Below, piece after piece: positions 46,950 to 57,078 of a stretch of 64,000 nucleotides of DNA. This DNA is from an uncultured Methanotrichaceae archaeon (GTDB lineage: Archaea > Halobacteriota > Methanosarcinia > Methanotrichales > Methanotrichaceae). The stretch is from NCBI GenBank assembly GCA_964506745.1, contig CAZDLZ010000004.1, positions 20,541 to 84,540 of the forward strand, given 5' to 3'. The notes beneath the pieces were generated by a model. The model had not been told where the DNA came from, made no database searches, and worked only from the letters and a program-made list of their open reading frames with translations. Every line of letters starts with the position of its first letter. The stretch's first letter is position 1. Both the position numbers and the translations under genes were made by a program.

Positions 46950-48398
46950 TCACCTATTGAATAGCAGCTTTTTGACAAACTCAATCTCCGAAATTGCAAA
47001 TCCCTTCAAAAAGAACAGAACCGCAAAATAGACCAAAGCGCCGGACGCTATGGACAGGGCCAAATCCAATGTACCTTCTGGCCTTAGCATAATTAGTAGA
47101 AAAGACATGACCATTGATGCGGCCAGGCTCTTGGCAACAAAATTCAAGCTAAAAAGAATTTTTATTGACCTACTAGCATAATGATTAGTGGTGATGAATG
47201 CAAAGGCGAATGATGCCAATGTAGCTATGGCACCACCTATTATTCCCATATAGGTTATCAATAAAAATCCCAAGGCCAAATTTAGAATTGCAGCGATAGT
47301 CCAGATTTTGCCGGTGAGTGCTGTATTTTTTTCCAGGACCAATATCTGCGCAACTATGGCATAAGCTCCCAGAAGCAGAGCGCCCAATGTCATGAATGGC
47401 GTTATCAAATAACCCTGAGCAGCAATTTCCGGAGTGGAAAGCACTTCCAATATAGGCCTGGATAGCAAAGACAGCCCGAAGGCAGCGGGAATCCCCAGGG
47501 CTAGAAAAAATTTCAGCGAGAATCCCAAGATGGCCCTCACTTCATTCATCTCATGCTCATCGTAATGCTTGGAAAGTGCGGCAGGCAATATAAACGCGAG
47601 AGGAGCTATAAAAAGGTTGATCATATTGCCCAAGGTATATCCTGGAGAGAAGTAACCCACAAAAGTTGTCCCCATCAATATGCCAATTACATAACGATTG
47701 CTGGAATTCACAATCCAGCTGGAAAGGTTTCCGGGGATGGTGGGCACGCCAAAGGCCAGGTATTCTTTAATGTTCTTGAATTTGGGAAATGATACGCCTA
47801 GATCCAAAACAACAACTGAGATCATCGCCAGGAGCATCAGAGCATCTGCAAGCAGCAGCCCCACTACAGCGCCCTCGATCCCCTTTCCAGAGAGGACAAA
47901 ATAGATTACCAGGAGCAGGCTGAAGAATACCTTAGAAAAATTGAATGCAGAATACTTCTTGATCTGCTGAATGCCCCTGAAATAACCGAATGGTATGCTT
48001 ATCAAGCATTCCAGCAAGACCAGTATGGAGAGATACTGCACAATTATCTGGCGTCCCTCGAATAGAGCGGATGCTATCGGCTCCGCCAGGAGGTAGACGG
48101 CAACTGATGCTACCAGACCTGCCAGAGTGATTACCGCTGCCATCGAATAAAATATCTCTCGAATAGCTTCTCTCCCCTCTGCGGACGGCAGGAATCTTGC
48201 CATGGAGTAGGGAAGTCCAAGCAATGAAATGGCTGGCACCAAGCCAATAGTCACTGTGATCTGGACCCAGACGCCATATTCGGATACAGGCAAATTCTTT
48301 GTGAGCAGGGGCAGCATAACGAGCGAGTTTAGCTCTACCAGTAGATTGGTGATGGCCACAAGACCAATCCTCTTTGCCAGAAGCTGACGTTGGCTCAT
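46950..48398 (-). CDS. Wzx-like polysaccharide/oligosaccharide flippase (MOP superfamily)
   Basis: 482 aa with at least 12 predicted transmembrane helices and a typical polysaccharide-biosynthesis-protein N-terminus. Confidence 0.8.
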   Translation of the reverse strand: MSQRQLLAKRIGLVAITNLLVELNSLVMLPLLTKNLPVSEYGVWVQITVTIGLVPAISLLGLPYSMARFLPSAEGREAIREIFYSMAAVITLAGLVASVAVYLLAEPIASALFEGRQIIVQYLSILVLLECLISIPFGYFRGIQQIKKYSAFNFSKVFFSLLLVIYFVLSGKGIEGAVVGLLLADALMLLAMISVVVLDLGVSFPKFKNIKEYLAFGVPTIPGNLSSWIVNSSNRYVIGILMGTTFVGYFSPGYTLGNMINLFIAPLAFILPAALSKHYDEHEMNEVRAILGFSLKFFLALGIPAAFGLSLLSRPILEVLSTPEIAAQGYLITPFMTLGALLLGAYAIVAQILVLEKNTALTGKIWTIAAILNLALGFLLITYMGIIGGAIATLASFAFAFITTNHYASRSIKILFSLNFVAKSLAASMVMSFLLIMLRPEGTLDLALSIASGALVYFAVLFFLKGFAISEIEFVKKLLFNR

Positions 48399-48471
48399 TC
48401 GATCGCCACTTTTGGGATATTCTGCTCATCGAGACGAAGACCCCGTTAGCTAGCCGACTTAGGTGAACTGA

Positions 48472-50655
48472 TTAATAAAACGACCGGTAAGGAGGATCGT
48501 ATTTCAGGGTGACATTCATCTCGTCGCCCTGCAAATATATGCCGCAGAATGTGGCGTCAACGGGAAAGATGCTCCTTTCGACTCCATCTACCAGGCATCG
48601 CCAGTAAGGACTGTAGCTGTTCGTTACGATCATAATCCCTGAGCCGTTCAATCCCACATTCAGGTCGATCCTGTCTGGTGAATATTTTTCGATGATAATA
48701 TTTCCATCAGCAAAGCCCAAGACATCCATTTTGCTCATTGGGAACGATTCAGTTTCTACAAAAGCCGTGCTGCGCAATGCTCCCAAATCCGCACGGCTCA
48801 GTGATTTCAGAAGCTGAGTCGAATTCTCGAACCTCTTTACCTCCGAGACGACAAAGAAACGAGGCAGGCAGTTGTCATTGCGGTAGATAAAGAGCTTTCT
48901 GCCCAGGAGATTATCGGCAAGTCCCTCTGCTACCTTTCCCTGGCCGAATGGGTGGGCATGTTCGGACATTTGAGATGGCAGCAATATGAGATCTTCGCTC
49001 ACCAGTAGCTTTCTTGAAATTATATATCTGACATTTGCCAGAGAAAGGAGATCTAAATTATAATAATCGGAAAATGGAATATTTGGCAACAGGTCGAAGC
49101 GGTCATTCGAAGGGGCGAACAGGTAAATCCTATTGCCCCAATTATGGTAATAGTTGAATATCTCAGAATCGTTTGAAGTCAAGGGCTCGATCACTTTTCC
49201 CCAAAAATTTTGGTAGCGGAAAGTGTATAATGTGACATAGCCATCTGCAGATTCGAATCCGTAGGCATTAGCGAAACCAGGATGTAGGTCATGTGCCACC
49301 GTGGCTACCCGATATGGCTGATTCTCTTCCACTTTGGATAAATGATCAAGGTCAGAATTTTCATAGTTAATCGCATAGCTGTCTCCACCCATCCATTGTG
49401 CTGCATGTTCCACTTTTATCTCTCCGGAAAGCATAACCAAAAACAAGAGGACTATTATGCAGCTAACGGTTTTAACTTTTATTAATTTTTTAGATTCGTG
49501 ATCACATCCTCGAGAAAAGGTTCTGTCTCTCATAAAGAAGTGAAGGCCAAAGCCGACCATCAAGGCGGTGAAGAAGGGTGCCAGCAGATAGAATCTATCG
49601 AATTGATAACCTGAGAGAAAGCCCAAATGTGGGACGAAAAAATATGTCCATAAAGGCTTGATTAAGCTCACGATTGCCCCGCAAAATATCGCTAGACCTG
49701 TTATTATGACATATCGCTTATCTTCAAATCTAATCCATAATAAACCTAATATACCTATGAAAAAATAAAAACTATTTCCTAAAATAAATCTGACTGAGGA
49801 GATAATTGATGCATCCAGGCTTGAGTCGAAACCTCCCAACGTGCCAAACACCGGCCATTGAGCCCGGTGTGATAGCGGTGCGTTGGCCAAAAGGGCCTGA
49901 ATCAAAGGAATGTTTCCTAGCAGGATTATCAAGGTGAAAATAATATAAATAATGAAAAATTTTAAAGATCGTTCATGACGAATGAAGATAAACCATACTA
50001 AGATCATGGGAAGAATAAAGGGCAATGTTATGACAAAGCTAGCCGAAAAAAGTACAAAAAAACCCAATGCAGTCGCCATAAGATAAACAGATTTTTCAGA
50101 TCGTTCAATCATATATTCAAGCAACCAGAGAATAAGAGGAAAGCCCATCATGCCTGCAAACTGATCCATCATGATTGAATGATGAGCGACTCCATAAAGC
50201 AAAGCGGAGAATGAAATCGCGTATGCCAAACCAGCTATAATTGATGGAAAGATATCCCGGCCCAAATAGTCTTTACAGAGGCGAAATGTGAAATATCCAG
50301 CTATAAATCGTTGTATTAGTATTATCAGACCATAAGCCAGCCAGCCAGGAAATATAAAAAAGAGCAAGCTATCAAGCTGAAAGATCTTATATGTTGCTGC
50401 CAGTCGATCTGTCCCGCATGCCGCATAAGGAAACCAATAGCTGAATCCATTCGCTGCAAAATCAATAACCTGGGCCAGTCTCATCGGCAAGATTGAATCT
50501 CCTTCATCGTGCATTCGGATATAGGAAAATGGACCGAGAAAGATATATTCAGAAGTCAGCCAAATGGCCCAAAGAAGAAAAATAGCAGACGGATTATGAG
50601 CAAAGAAACCAAGGACCTTATTTGATTCGCATTCTATATGTTTTAAAAAGCTCAT
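48472..50655 (-). CDS. large polytopic membrane protein with extracytoplasmic C-terminal domain (YfhO/GT-C-like, putative)
   Basis: 727 aa: ~13 hydrophobic segments, then a ~300-aa soluble domain ending in YSPYWRCLVDGVERSIFPVD...LKYDPP, which is reminiscent of YfhO-family C-termini. Confidence 0.45.
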   Translation of the reverse strand: MSFLKHIECESNKVLGFFAHNPSAIFLLWAIWLTSEYIFLGPFSYIRMHDEGDSILPMRLAQVIDFAANGFSYWFPYAACGTDRLAATYKIFQLDSLLFFIFPGWLAYGLIILIQRFIAGYFTFRLCKDYLGRDIFPSIIAGLAYAISFSALLYGVAHHSIMMDQFAGMMGFPLILWLLEYMIERSEKSVYLMATALGFFVLFSASFVITLPFILPMILVWFIFIRHERSLKFFIIYIIFTLIILLGNIPLIQALLANAPLSHRAQWPVFGTLGGFDSSLDASIISSVRFILGNSFYFFIGILGLLWIRFEDKRYVIITGLAIFCGAIVSLIKPLWTYFFVPHLGFLSGYQFDRFYLLAPFFTALMVGFGLHFFMRDRTFSRGCDHESKKLIKVKTVSCIIVLLFLVMLSGEIKVEHAAQWMGGDSYAINYENSDLDHLSKVEENQPYRVATVAHDLHPGFANAYGFESADGYVTLYTFRYQNFWGKVIEPLTSNDSEIFNYYHNWGNRIYLFAPSNDRFDLLPNIPFSDYYNLDLLSLANVRYIISRKLLVSEDLILLPSQMSEHAHPFGQGKVAEGLADNLLGRKLFIYRNDNCLPRFFVVSEVKRFENSTQLLKSLSRADLGALRSTAFVETESFPMSKMDVLGFADGNIIIEKYSPDRIDLNVGLNGSGIMIVTNSYSPYWRCLVDGVERSIFPVDATFCGIYLQGDEMNVTLKYDPPYRSFY

Positions 50656-50996
50656 TTCTTCCTACCACGAAATTCATTTCGCCACTATTACACTTCTTCC
50701 ATCGATAAATACTTACCCACTATCTGCGCTTCATTAATATCGATACTAAGACATTTAACTATCCTCACCCTCGGACTTTCATCTATGCATTCCACTTTAT
50801 CTCATAGCAAGCTTTTTATCTTGGTTTGAGAAATGCCGACTACAGGAGAGAAAACACAGTAATCTGAAATTGAGATAAGAGGTTTTGGCGAAGAGAAGAG
50901 AGCACAATAGAGTAATGCCAAGATGATTCTGTTAGTGGAATGATTTGAAACATTAGTGCTATTCCAATTGATTTGAATGGCGTTTGAGGCGTATTA

Positions 50997-51776
50997 ATGA
51001 AAACAGTAATACTATGTGGTGGGAAAGGTACGCGTTTGCGTGAAGAGACCGAATACCGGCCAAAACCGATGGTGCATGTGGGAAATAAACCGGTTCTTTG
51101 GCACATAATGAAGACATATGCGCATTACGGATTCAATGAGTTCATCATATGCTTGGGCTACAAAGGAAACATGATTAAGGAGTATTTCTTGAATTATGAA
51201 GCGATGAACAACGATTTTACAATTGCATTGGGTAACAAGAATAGCATTCAATTTCATAATAATCATCTGGAAAAGGATTGGGTTGTAACTCTTGCCGATA
51301 CCGGTGAGGATTCTCAGACTGGTGCAAGAGTTAAGAAAGTTGAAAAATACATTACTGAAGATACATTCATGCTTACCTATGGTGACGGTGTGGGCAATAT
51401 CAATATAAAAGATCTAATCAATTATCACAAGTCGCACGGCAAGATAGGGACCATGACGGGAGTCCACCCTTCATCGAGATTTGGAGAAGTTTCCGTCAAA
51501 GACAATAGTGTTATACAATTCAATGAAAAACCTCAGACAACGGTGGGCTTGATCAATGGCGGATATTTTATATTCAACAAGGAATTTTTCAAGTACCTTG
51601 ATGAAGATGACAACTGCATTTTAGAGAAAAATCCTATCGAGAACCTGGCAAGAGATGGTGAATTGATGGTCCATCCTCACGAAGGCTTCTGGCAATGCGT
51701 AGATACTTATAGGGAGTTGGAGCAACTGAATGCCCAATGGAGGACATCCAAGCCGCCCTGGAAGGTCTGGCAGTGA
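50997..51776 (+). CDS. rfbF: glucose-1-phosphate cytidylyltransferase
   Basis: MKTVILCGGKGTRLREETEYRPKPMV...GYKG signature. Confidence 0.9.
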   Translation: MKTVILCGGKGTRLREETEYRPKPMVHVGNKPVLWHIMKTYAHYGFNEFIICLGYKGNMIKEYFLNYEAMNNDFTIALGNKNSIQFHNNHLEKDWVVTLADTGEDSQTGARVKKVEKYITEDTFMLTYGDGVGNINIKDLINYHKSHGKIGTMTGVHPSSRFGEVSVKDNSVIQFNEKPQTTVGLINGGYFIFNKEFFKYLDEDDNCILEKNPIENLARDGELMVHPHEGFWQCVDTYRELEQLNAQWRTSKPPWKVWQ

Positions 51777-51794
51777 AGGTATTAACCAGAATTC

Positions 51795-52280
51795 ATGGGG
51801 ATAGATTATAATATGGATCAAGTGATGGATCTGGTCAATTATTTTGAGGCTTGGCTCAGGCAAAAGGTACTGCAGGAAAATTCAACATTATTTCAGCTAT
51901 CTAAATTTGGCTTTGTTGGCGTGCTAAATACGATAATCGGTTATGGCTCATTTATATTGTTTTTAAACTACACTAATTATATTGTGGCATTAATCATTTC
52001 TCATTTAATTGGGGTTACTCATAGCTTTGTCTGGAACAAATACTGGATCTTCAAATCCACAGGCATCGGAATTGGTGCTGGCTTATATGAATTTGCAAAA
52101 TTTAACTCTATATATGCCGGTGTTTTTCTCGTGAATGCGGTTGTATTGATCATATCTGTAAATATATTAAATGCAGATCCCAGAATAAGTCAGCTCATAG
52201 CCCTCCCAATAATAACAATAATCAGCTTTACAGGCCATAAATATTGGAGCTTTGGAAAAGGAAAAACGGGAGGAAAGTGA
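51795..52280 (+). CDS. gtrA: GtrA-family small membrane protein
   Basis: FSKFGFVGVLNT...HKYWSF motifs and four transmembrane segments. An alternative start is ATG 51813. Confidence 0.8.
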   Translation: MGIDYNMDQVMDLVNYFEAWLRQKVLQENSTLFQLSKFGFVGVLNTIIGYGSFILFLNYTNYIVALIISHLIGVTHSFVWNKYWIFKSTGIGIGAGLYEFAKFNSIYAGVFLVNAVVLIISVNILNADPRISQLIALPIITIISFTGHKYWSFGKGKTGGK

Positions 52281-53267
52281 TTGCCCTCTGATAATTTTTG
52301 GAAAGATCGCAACGTCTTCATTACAGGATGTACGGGCCTCCTCGGATCCTGGCTGGCCAAATCCCTTTCTGATTGTGGGGCCAATGTAGTCGGCCTCATA
52401 AGGGATCTGGTACCCCAATCAAATCTGAATTGGTCTGGATTCGAAAATAAGATCACCATAGTAAGGGGGGATATGGAGGATTATTTCCTGCTGGAAAGAG
52501 CGCTAAACGAATATGAAGTAGATGCGGTCTTTCATTTGGCGGCTCAGACCATCGTCACCATAGCCAATCGAAATCCTTTATCCACATTCAAGGCCAATAT
52601 CGAAGGAACCTGGAACCTTTTGGAGGCTTGCCGGAGATCGCCACTGGTTAAGAGAGTAGTGGTTGCATCAAGCGATAAGGCTTATGGCGATCAAGATAAG
52701 CTGCCCTATGACGAAGATACGCCCCTGGAAGGAAGACACCCCTATGATGTATCCAAGAGCTGTGCTGATCTCATCTGCAGATCCTACTTCGAGACCTATG
52801 ATCTTCCAGTTTGCGTGACCCGATGCGGAAATTTCTATGGCGGAGGAGATCTGAACTTCAACAGGATAGTCCCTGGAACCATCCGATCTCTGATCAATAA
52901 CAAGAGGCCGGTTATACGAAGCGATGGGACCTTTTTGCGTGATTATTTTTATATCGAGGACGGAGCAAAGTCGTATATGCTTCTGGCAGAGAAGATGGAG
53001 GACAAGAGGATTCTCGGCGAAGCATTCAACTTCAGCACAGAGCACCCACTGACCGTGCTGGAGATTGTGGAAAAGATAATCCAAGCTATGGGAAGCGATC
53101 TTGAGCCGGAGATCAGGAACCAGGTCACAAATGAGATCAGAGATCAATATCTTTCCGCCAGGAAAGCCCGCGCTTTGTTGAACTGGAAGCCAACCTTCAC
53201 CTCTGAAGAGGGCCTAAAGCGAACTGTAGAATGGTATAGGGCATTTTTTGCATGCAAAGATGTCTAA
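52281..53267 (+). CDS. rfbG: CDP-glucose 4,6-dehydratase
   Basis: [21 protein letters not shown]-terminus. TTG start 7 nt after GGAGG, directly following the gtrA stop. Confidence 0.8.
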   Translation: MPSDNFWKDRNVFITGCTGLLGSWLAKSLSDCGANVVGLIRDLVPQSNLNWSGFENKITIVRGDMEDYFLLERALNEYEVDAVFHLAAQTIVTIANRNPLSTFKANIEGTWNLLEACRRSPLVKRVVVASSDKAYGDQDKLPYDEDTPLEGRHPYDVSKSCADLICRSYFETYDLPVCVTRCGNFYGGGDLNFNRIVPGTIRSLINNKRPVIRSDGTFLRDYFYIEDGAKSYMLLAEKMEDKRILGEAFNFSTEHPLTVLEIVEKIIQAMGSDLEPEIRNQVTNEIRDQYLSARKARALLNWKPTFTSEEGLKRTVEWYRAFFACKDV

Positions 53268-53301
53268 GGGGATTCGCTGATAAAATGTCTGGGGAGAATT
53301 C

Positions 53302-54255
53302 ATGAAAAAGCTGATCAGTGTCGTCATTCCTGCTTATAACGAGGAAGAGGTCTTGGAGGAACTCAAGAACCGACTAAAAAAGGTTTTGGTGAAAAATAGC
53401 AATTACGACTTTGAGATAATAATTGTAGAAAATGGTTCATGGGATTCGTCACTTGAGAAATTAAAAAAAATAAATAAAGAAGATTCTCGGTTTAAGGTAG
53501 TCAGGTTATCGAAAAATTTTGGATGTGATGGTGGGATCACTGCCGGCCTAAAATATGCGAAGGGGGATGCAGCTGTAATAATGAATGCCGACCTGCAAGA
53601 TCCTCCTGAGATGATCTCACAATTCATTGAGAAATGGGAAGAAGGATATGAAATCGTCTATGGAATTATTCAAAAGAGAGAAGGGGTTTCATATATCCGA
53701 AGGATCCTGTCCTCATTAGCCTATGCGATAATTTATAATCTGACTCATGAGATCATACCTAAAAATGCGAGCGACTTCCGTTTGATAGACAGGAAGGTCT
53801 ATGCAACTGTAAATAAGATGGATGAAAAAAACAAATTCTTGAGGGGAATTATTGCCTGGACTGGATTCAAGCAAACCGGAATTCCATATGAGAGGCCCGC
53901 GAGATTTGCTGGTGAAACAAAAGCAGGATTTGGCGCGGCCTTTAATGTGGCAATGAATGGTATATTCTCATTCTCATATTTTCCACTGCATATCGCAACA
54001 ATACTGGGATTTATGATTTCAATCGCGGCATTTGTCATGATTTTTATTGAGCTAGGCCTATTCTTAGTTTATGGCCAGGTTGTCCCGGGATTTACGACGA
54101 CAATAATATTGATGCTCTTCTTATTTGGCATGCTCTTCTTCTTGATGGGGATAATCGGTATATACATGGCCAGAATTTATGATGAAGTAAAGGAGAGACC
54201 AAATTTCATAGTTGCTGAAGAGATCGGCTTTGATAATTTAGAGGAAATGGTTTGA
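53302..54255 (+). CDS. GT2 polyprenol-phosphate glycosyltransferase (GtrB/ArnC/DPM-like)
   Basis: SVVIPAYNEE and NADLQDPPE motifs plus two C-terminal transmembrane helices. Confidence 0.85.
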   Translation: MKKLISVVIPAYNEEEVLEELKNRLKKVLVKNSNYDFEIIIVENGSWDSSLEKLKKINKEDSRFKVVRLSKNFGCDGGITAGLKYAKGDAAVIMNADLQDPPEMISQFIEKWEEGYEIVYGIIQKREGVSYIRRILSSLAYAIIYNLTHEIIPKNASDFRLIDRKVYATVNKMDEKNKFLRGIIAWTGFKQTGIPYERPARFAGETKAGFGAAFNVAMNGIFSFSYFPLHIATILGFMISIAAFVMIFIELGLFLVYGQVVPGFTTTIILMLFLFGMLFFLMGIIGIYMARIYDEVKERPNFIVAEEIGFDNLEEMV

Positions 54256-54340
54256 TATCTTATTCGATCGATGGTTAGGTTCTTAGCTCCAGGTCCACAT
54301 GCATTACCCCCCGAGCAAAGTATCCACTACGGAGTGCTAA

Positions 54341-55321
54341 ATGACATCGCTGAAGGGAAAAAGAGTTCTAATTACCGGTGCTACGGGCTTTGTGGGTGCC
54401 AACCTGGTTAGAATGGCTTTGAAAGAAGGCTCTGAAGTCTATATAATAACTAGAAAGATCTCGGATAAATGGCGCATCGATGATGTATTAACATATATTG
54501 CAAAATATAATTCAGATTTTTATGTAGATTTGAAGGATTATGATAAACTAAAATGCATTATATCCGGAATCAAACCGGAAATAATCTATCATACTGCAAC
54601 CTATGGTGGAAGGCCAAATCAGAGAGATACAATTAGAATTGTGCAAACGAACCTCATAGGGACAATAAACCTAATCAAAGCTTGCAAGAAATTTGGTTTT
54701 GACCTATTTGTAAATACCGGGTCGTCTTCAGAGTATGGCATCAAGGAGAAGACCATGCAAGAGGAGGACCTCTTGGAGCCGGTTAACGACTATGGAGTAT
54801 CAAAATCTGCTGCAACGCAATATTGCCAAGCAATTGCGAAGAACGAGGATCTGCCCATTGTTACCCTCAGGCTCTTTTCGCCATATGGAAGCTATGAAGA
54901 ATCGGCGAGATTGATACCATCAATGATTTTATCTTGTTTGAAGGGAAAGAAGCCAAAAATATCCTCGCCAAATTTTGTGAGAGACTTTGTGTATATCCAA
55001 GACGTGCTTGATGCATATGCAAGGCTATCTGATGTTCCGCAACTGAGCGGAGAAGTATTTAATATAGGCAGTGGCAAACAATGCACAATCGGTGATGTAG
55101 CACATAAGATCATTGAGCTTTCGGGCTATAATATTGAGCTTGATACAGGAATGCCTCAAGTATGGCCTAATGAGCCGAAAAAATGGGAAGCGGATATCTC
55201 GAAGGCAAATGATATTTTGGGTTGGAAGCCGAGATATGATCTTGAAAACGGGCTGGCGAAAACAATCAAATGGTTCCGAAAGAACATGAGTTTATATGGC
55301 AATTCCAGGGATGCATTATGA
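54341..55321 (+). CDS. extended SDR NAD(P)-dependent sugar reductase/epimerase
   Basis: ITGATGFVGANL and YGVSKSA (YxxxK) motifs. Confidence 0.8.
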   Translation: MTSLKGKRVLITGATGFVGANLVRMALKEGSEVYIITRKISDKWRIDDVLTYIAKYNSDFYVDLKDYDKLKCIISGIKPEIIYHTATYGGRPNQRDTIRIVQTNLIGTINLIKACKKFGFDLFVNTGSSSEYGIKEKTMQEEDLLEPVNDYGVSKSAATQYCQAIAKNEDLPIVTLRLFSPYGSYEESARLIPSMILSCLKGKKPKISSPNFVRDFVYIQDVLDAYARLSDVPQLSGEVFNIGSGKQCTIGDVAHKIIELSGYNIELDTGMPQVWPNEPKKWEADISKANDILGWKPRYDLENGLAKTIKWFRKNMSLYGNSRDAL

Positions 55322-57078
55322 AGTTATCCGACTACGTTATTGATTTTCTAGTCTCAAACGGGGTAACGCATATTTTTGAGGTTTGCGGCGGATCGTTGGC
55401 TCATTTGCTCGACTCCCTTTACTGCAGAACGGACATCACTACAATATCCATGCATCATGAAACGGCTGCGGCATTTGCTGCAGAGGGATATTCGAGAGCT
55501 GGAGGGAACATAGGCGTTGCAATGGCAACAAGTGGTCCAGGCGCCACGAATTTTATCACAGGCATTGGAAGCTGTTACTTTGATTCCATTCCATGCCTAT
55601 TCATTACAGGACAAGTCAATACCTATGAATTTAAATTCGACAAACCAACCAGGCAAATTGGATTTCAGGAAACAGATATTGTAAAGATAGTAAAGCCCAT
55701 CACCAAGAAAGCGGAGCTTCTGATGGATGAAAGCAAGGTGAAATACTGCTTGCAAGAGGCCATCTCTGAGGCAAAACATGGCCGTCCAGGTCCTGTTCTC
55801 TTGGACATACCTTTGAATATCCAGCGCGCATTTATCGATGTTGAATCTCTTGCATCTTTTGATGAGGAGGGCTCGGGAGCAAAAGGCAAAATCGATGATA
55901 GAATAATTGATCAAGTAATTGAGCTAATTAAGTCCTCATTGCGACCTATCATCATCGCAGGTGGCGGAGTCAGACTGGCTGACGGCCAGGATGAGCTCTT
56001 GAAGTTTGCTCGAAGCGCAGGAATACCAGTTGTCACCTCTTTGATGGGATTGGATGCATTTCCTCATGATGATCCTCTATTTGTTGGCATGATAGGAACT
56101 TACGGGAATCGATATGCAAATTTAGCAATTGCGAATTCCGATCTTGTTCTGGCTCTTGGAACGAGACTTGATACAAGACAAACGGGAACCAGGCCGGAGA
56201 CCTTCGCCAGATGTGCCAAAATTGTTCATGTTGATATAGATCCATTTGAGCTTAATAATAAGGTCAAGGCTTTTAGTTCTATAAATTCGGACCTGAGGGA
56301 TTTTCTTGCGAGACTAAATGATCTCGAAATCGGAAACTGCGGATTAAAAATTGTCTCCTGGAAGGAAAGGATCGACAGTTATAAACGCCAATATCCGGCA
56401 TACCGTGCCCCCTGTGAAGATCTCATTGATCCAAACAATTTTATGCATATTCTTTCTCATTTTCTGCCGCATGACGCCATCATTTGCGTTGATGTGGGCC
56501 AGAATCAGATGTGGTCTGCGCAATCATTGGAGATAAAAGACGCTCAAAGATTCCTTACCCAAGGAGGAATGGCATCCATGGGATGTGCTTTGCCCATGGC
56601 CATTGGCGCCTCATTTGCCCAGCCAGGAAAGACAATTATTGCGATTGCGGGAGATGGTGGATTTCAGCTCAACATCCAAGAGCTTCAGACGGTCTATCAT
56701 CATGATATGCCTATCAAGATAATCCTTTTTAATAACTCATGCTATGGAATGGTTAGGCAATTCCAGGAACAGTATTTTGAAGGGCGTTGTCAGTCGACGG
56801 TCATCGGCTATAGTTGCCCTGACTTCCAGGAAGTTGTCTCAGCTTATAAAATTCCTTCGATGAAAATTACGCAAAGCAACGATATTTTTAATTCTCTGAA
56901 GAAGTTGTTCAACAATATGAAGCCGGAATTTCTTGAAGTAATAATTGACGCGGATTTCAAAGTAAATCCCAAGCTATCGGTCAATAGACCTGTTGAGGAT
57001 CAGGACCCGTTGTTGTCCAGACAAGAACTGGAATCAAATATGCTGATAGAAACCTTGCCGGAGCCTGAAAAGATATGA
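55318..57078 (+). CDS. thiamine-diphosphate enzyme, acetolactate-synthase-large-subunit-like (YerE-like candidate)
   Basis: TSGPGATN and IAGDGGFQLN ThDP motifs. ATGA overlaps with both neighbouring genes. Confidence 0.8.
   Translation: MKLSDYVIDFLVSNGVTHIFEVCGGSLAHLLDSLYCRTDITTISMHHETAAAFAAEGYSRAGGNIGVAMATSGPGATNFITGIGSCYFDSIPCLFITGQVNTYEFKFDKPTRQIGFQETDIVKIVKPITKKAELLMDESKVKYCLQEAISEAKHGRPGPVLLDIPLNIQRAFIDVESLASFDEEGSGAKGKIDDRIIDQVIELIKSSLRPIIIAGGGVRLADGQDELLKFARSAGIPVVTSLMGLDAFPHDDPLFVGMIGTYGNRYANLAIANSDLVLALGTRLDTRQTGTRPETFARCAKIVHVDIDPFELNNKVKAFSSINSDLRDFLARLNDLEIGNCGLKIVSWKERIDSYKRQYPAYRAPCEDLIDPNNFMHILSHFLPHDAIICVDVGQNQMWSAQSLEIKDAQRFLTQGGMASMGCALPMAIGASFAQPGKTIIAIAGDGGFQLNIQELQTVYHHDMPIKIILFNNSCYGMVRQFQEQYFEGRCQSTVIGYSCPDFQEVVSAYKIPSMKITQSNDIFNSLKKLFNNMKPEFLEVIIDADFKVNPKLSVNRPVEDQDPLLSRQELESNMLIETLPEPEKI

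Noticed and set aside
50941-50977. Short direct repeat TGATTTGAA (50941-50949 and 50969-50977) upstream of rfbF
   Set aside because: It is only 9 nt in an AT-rich intergenic region, so it could easily arise by chance. It is noted only as a possible promoter element.
50840-51106. 88-aa minus-strand ORF overlapping the rfbF start
   Set aside because: It overlaps a confident gene and an AT-rich promoter region, and its translation is featureless.
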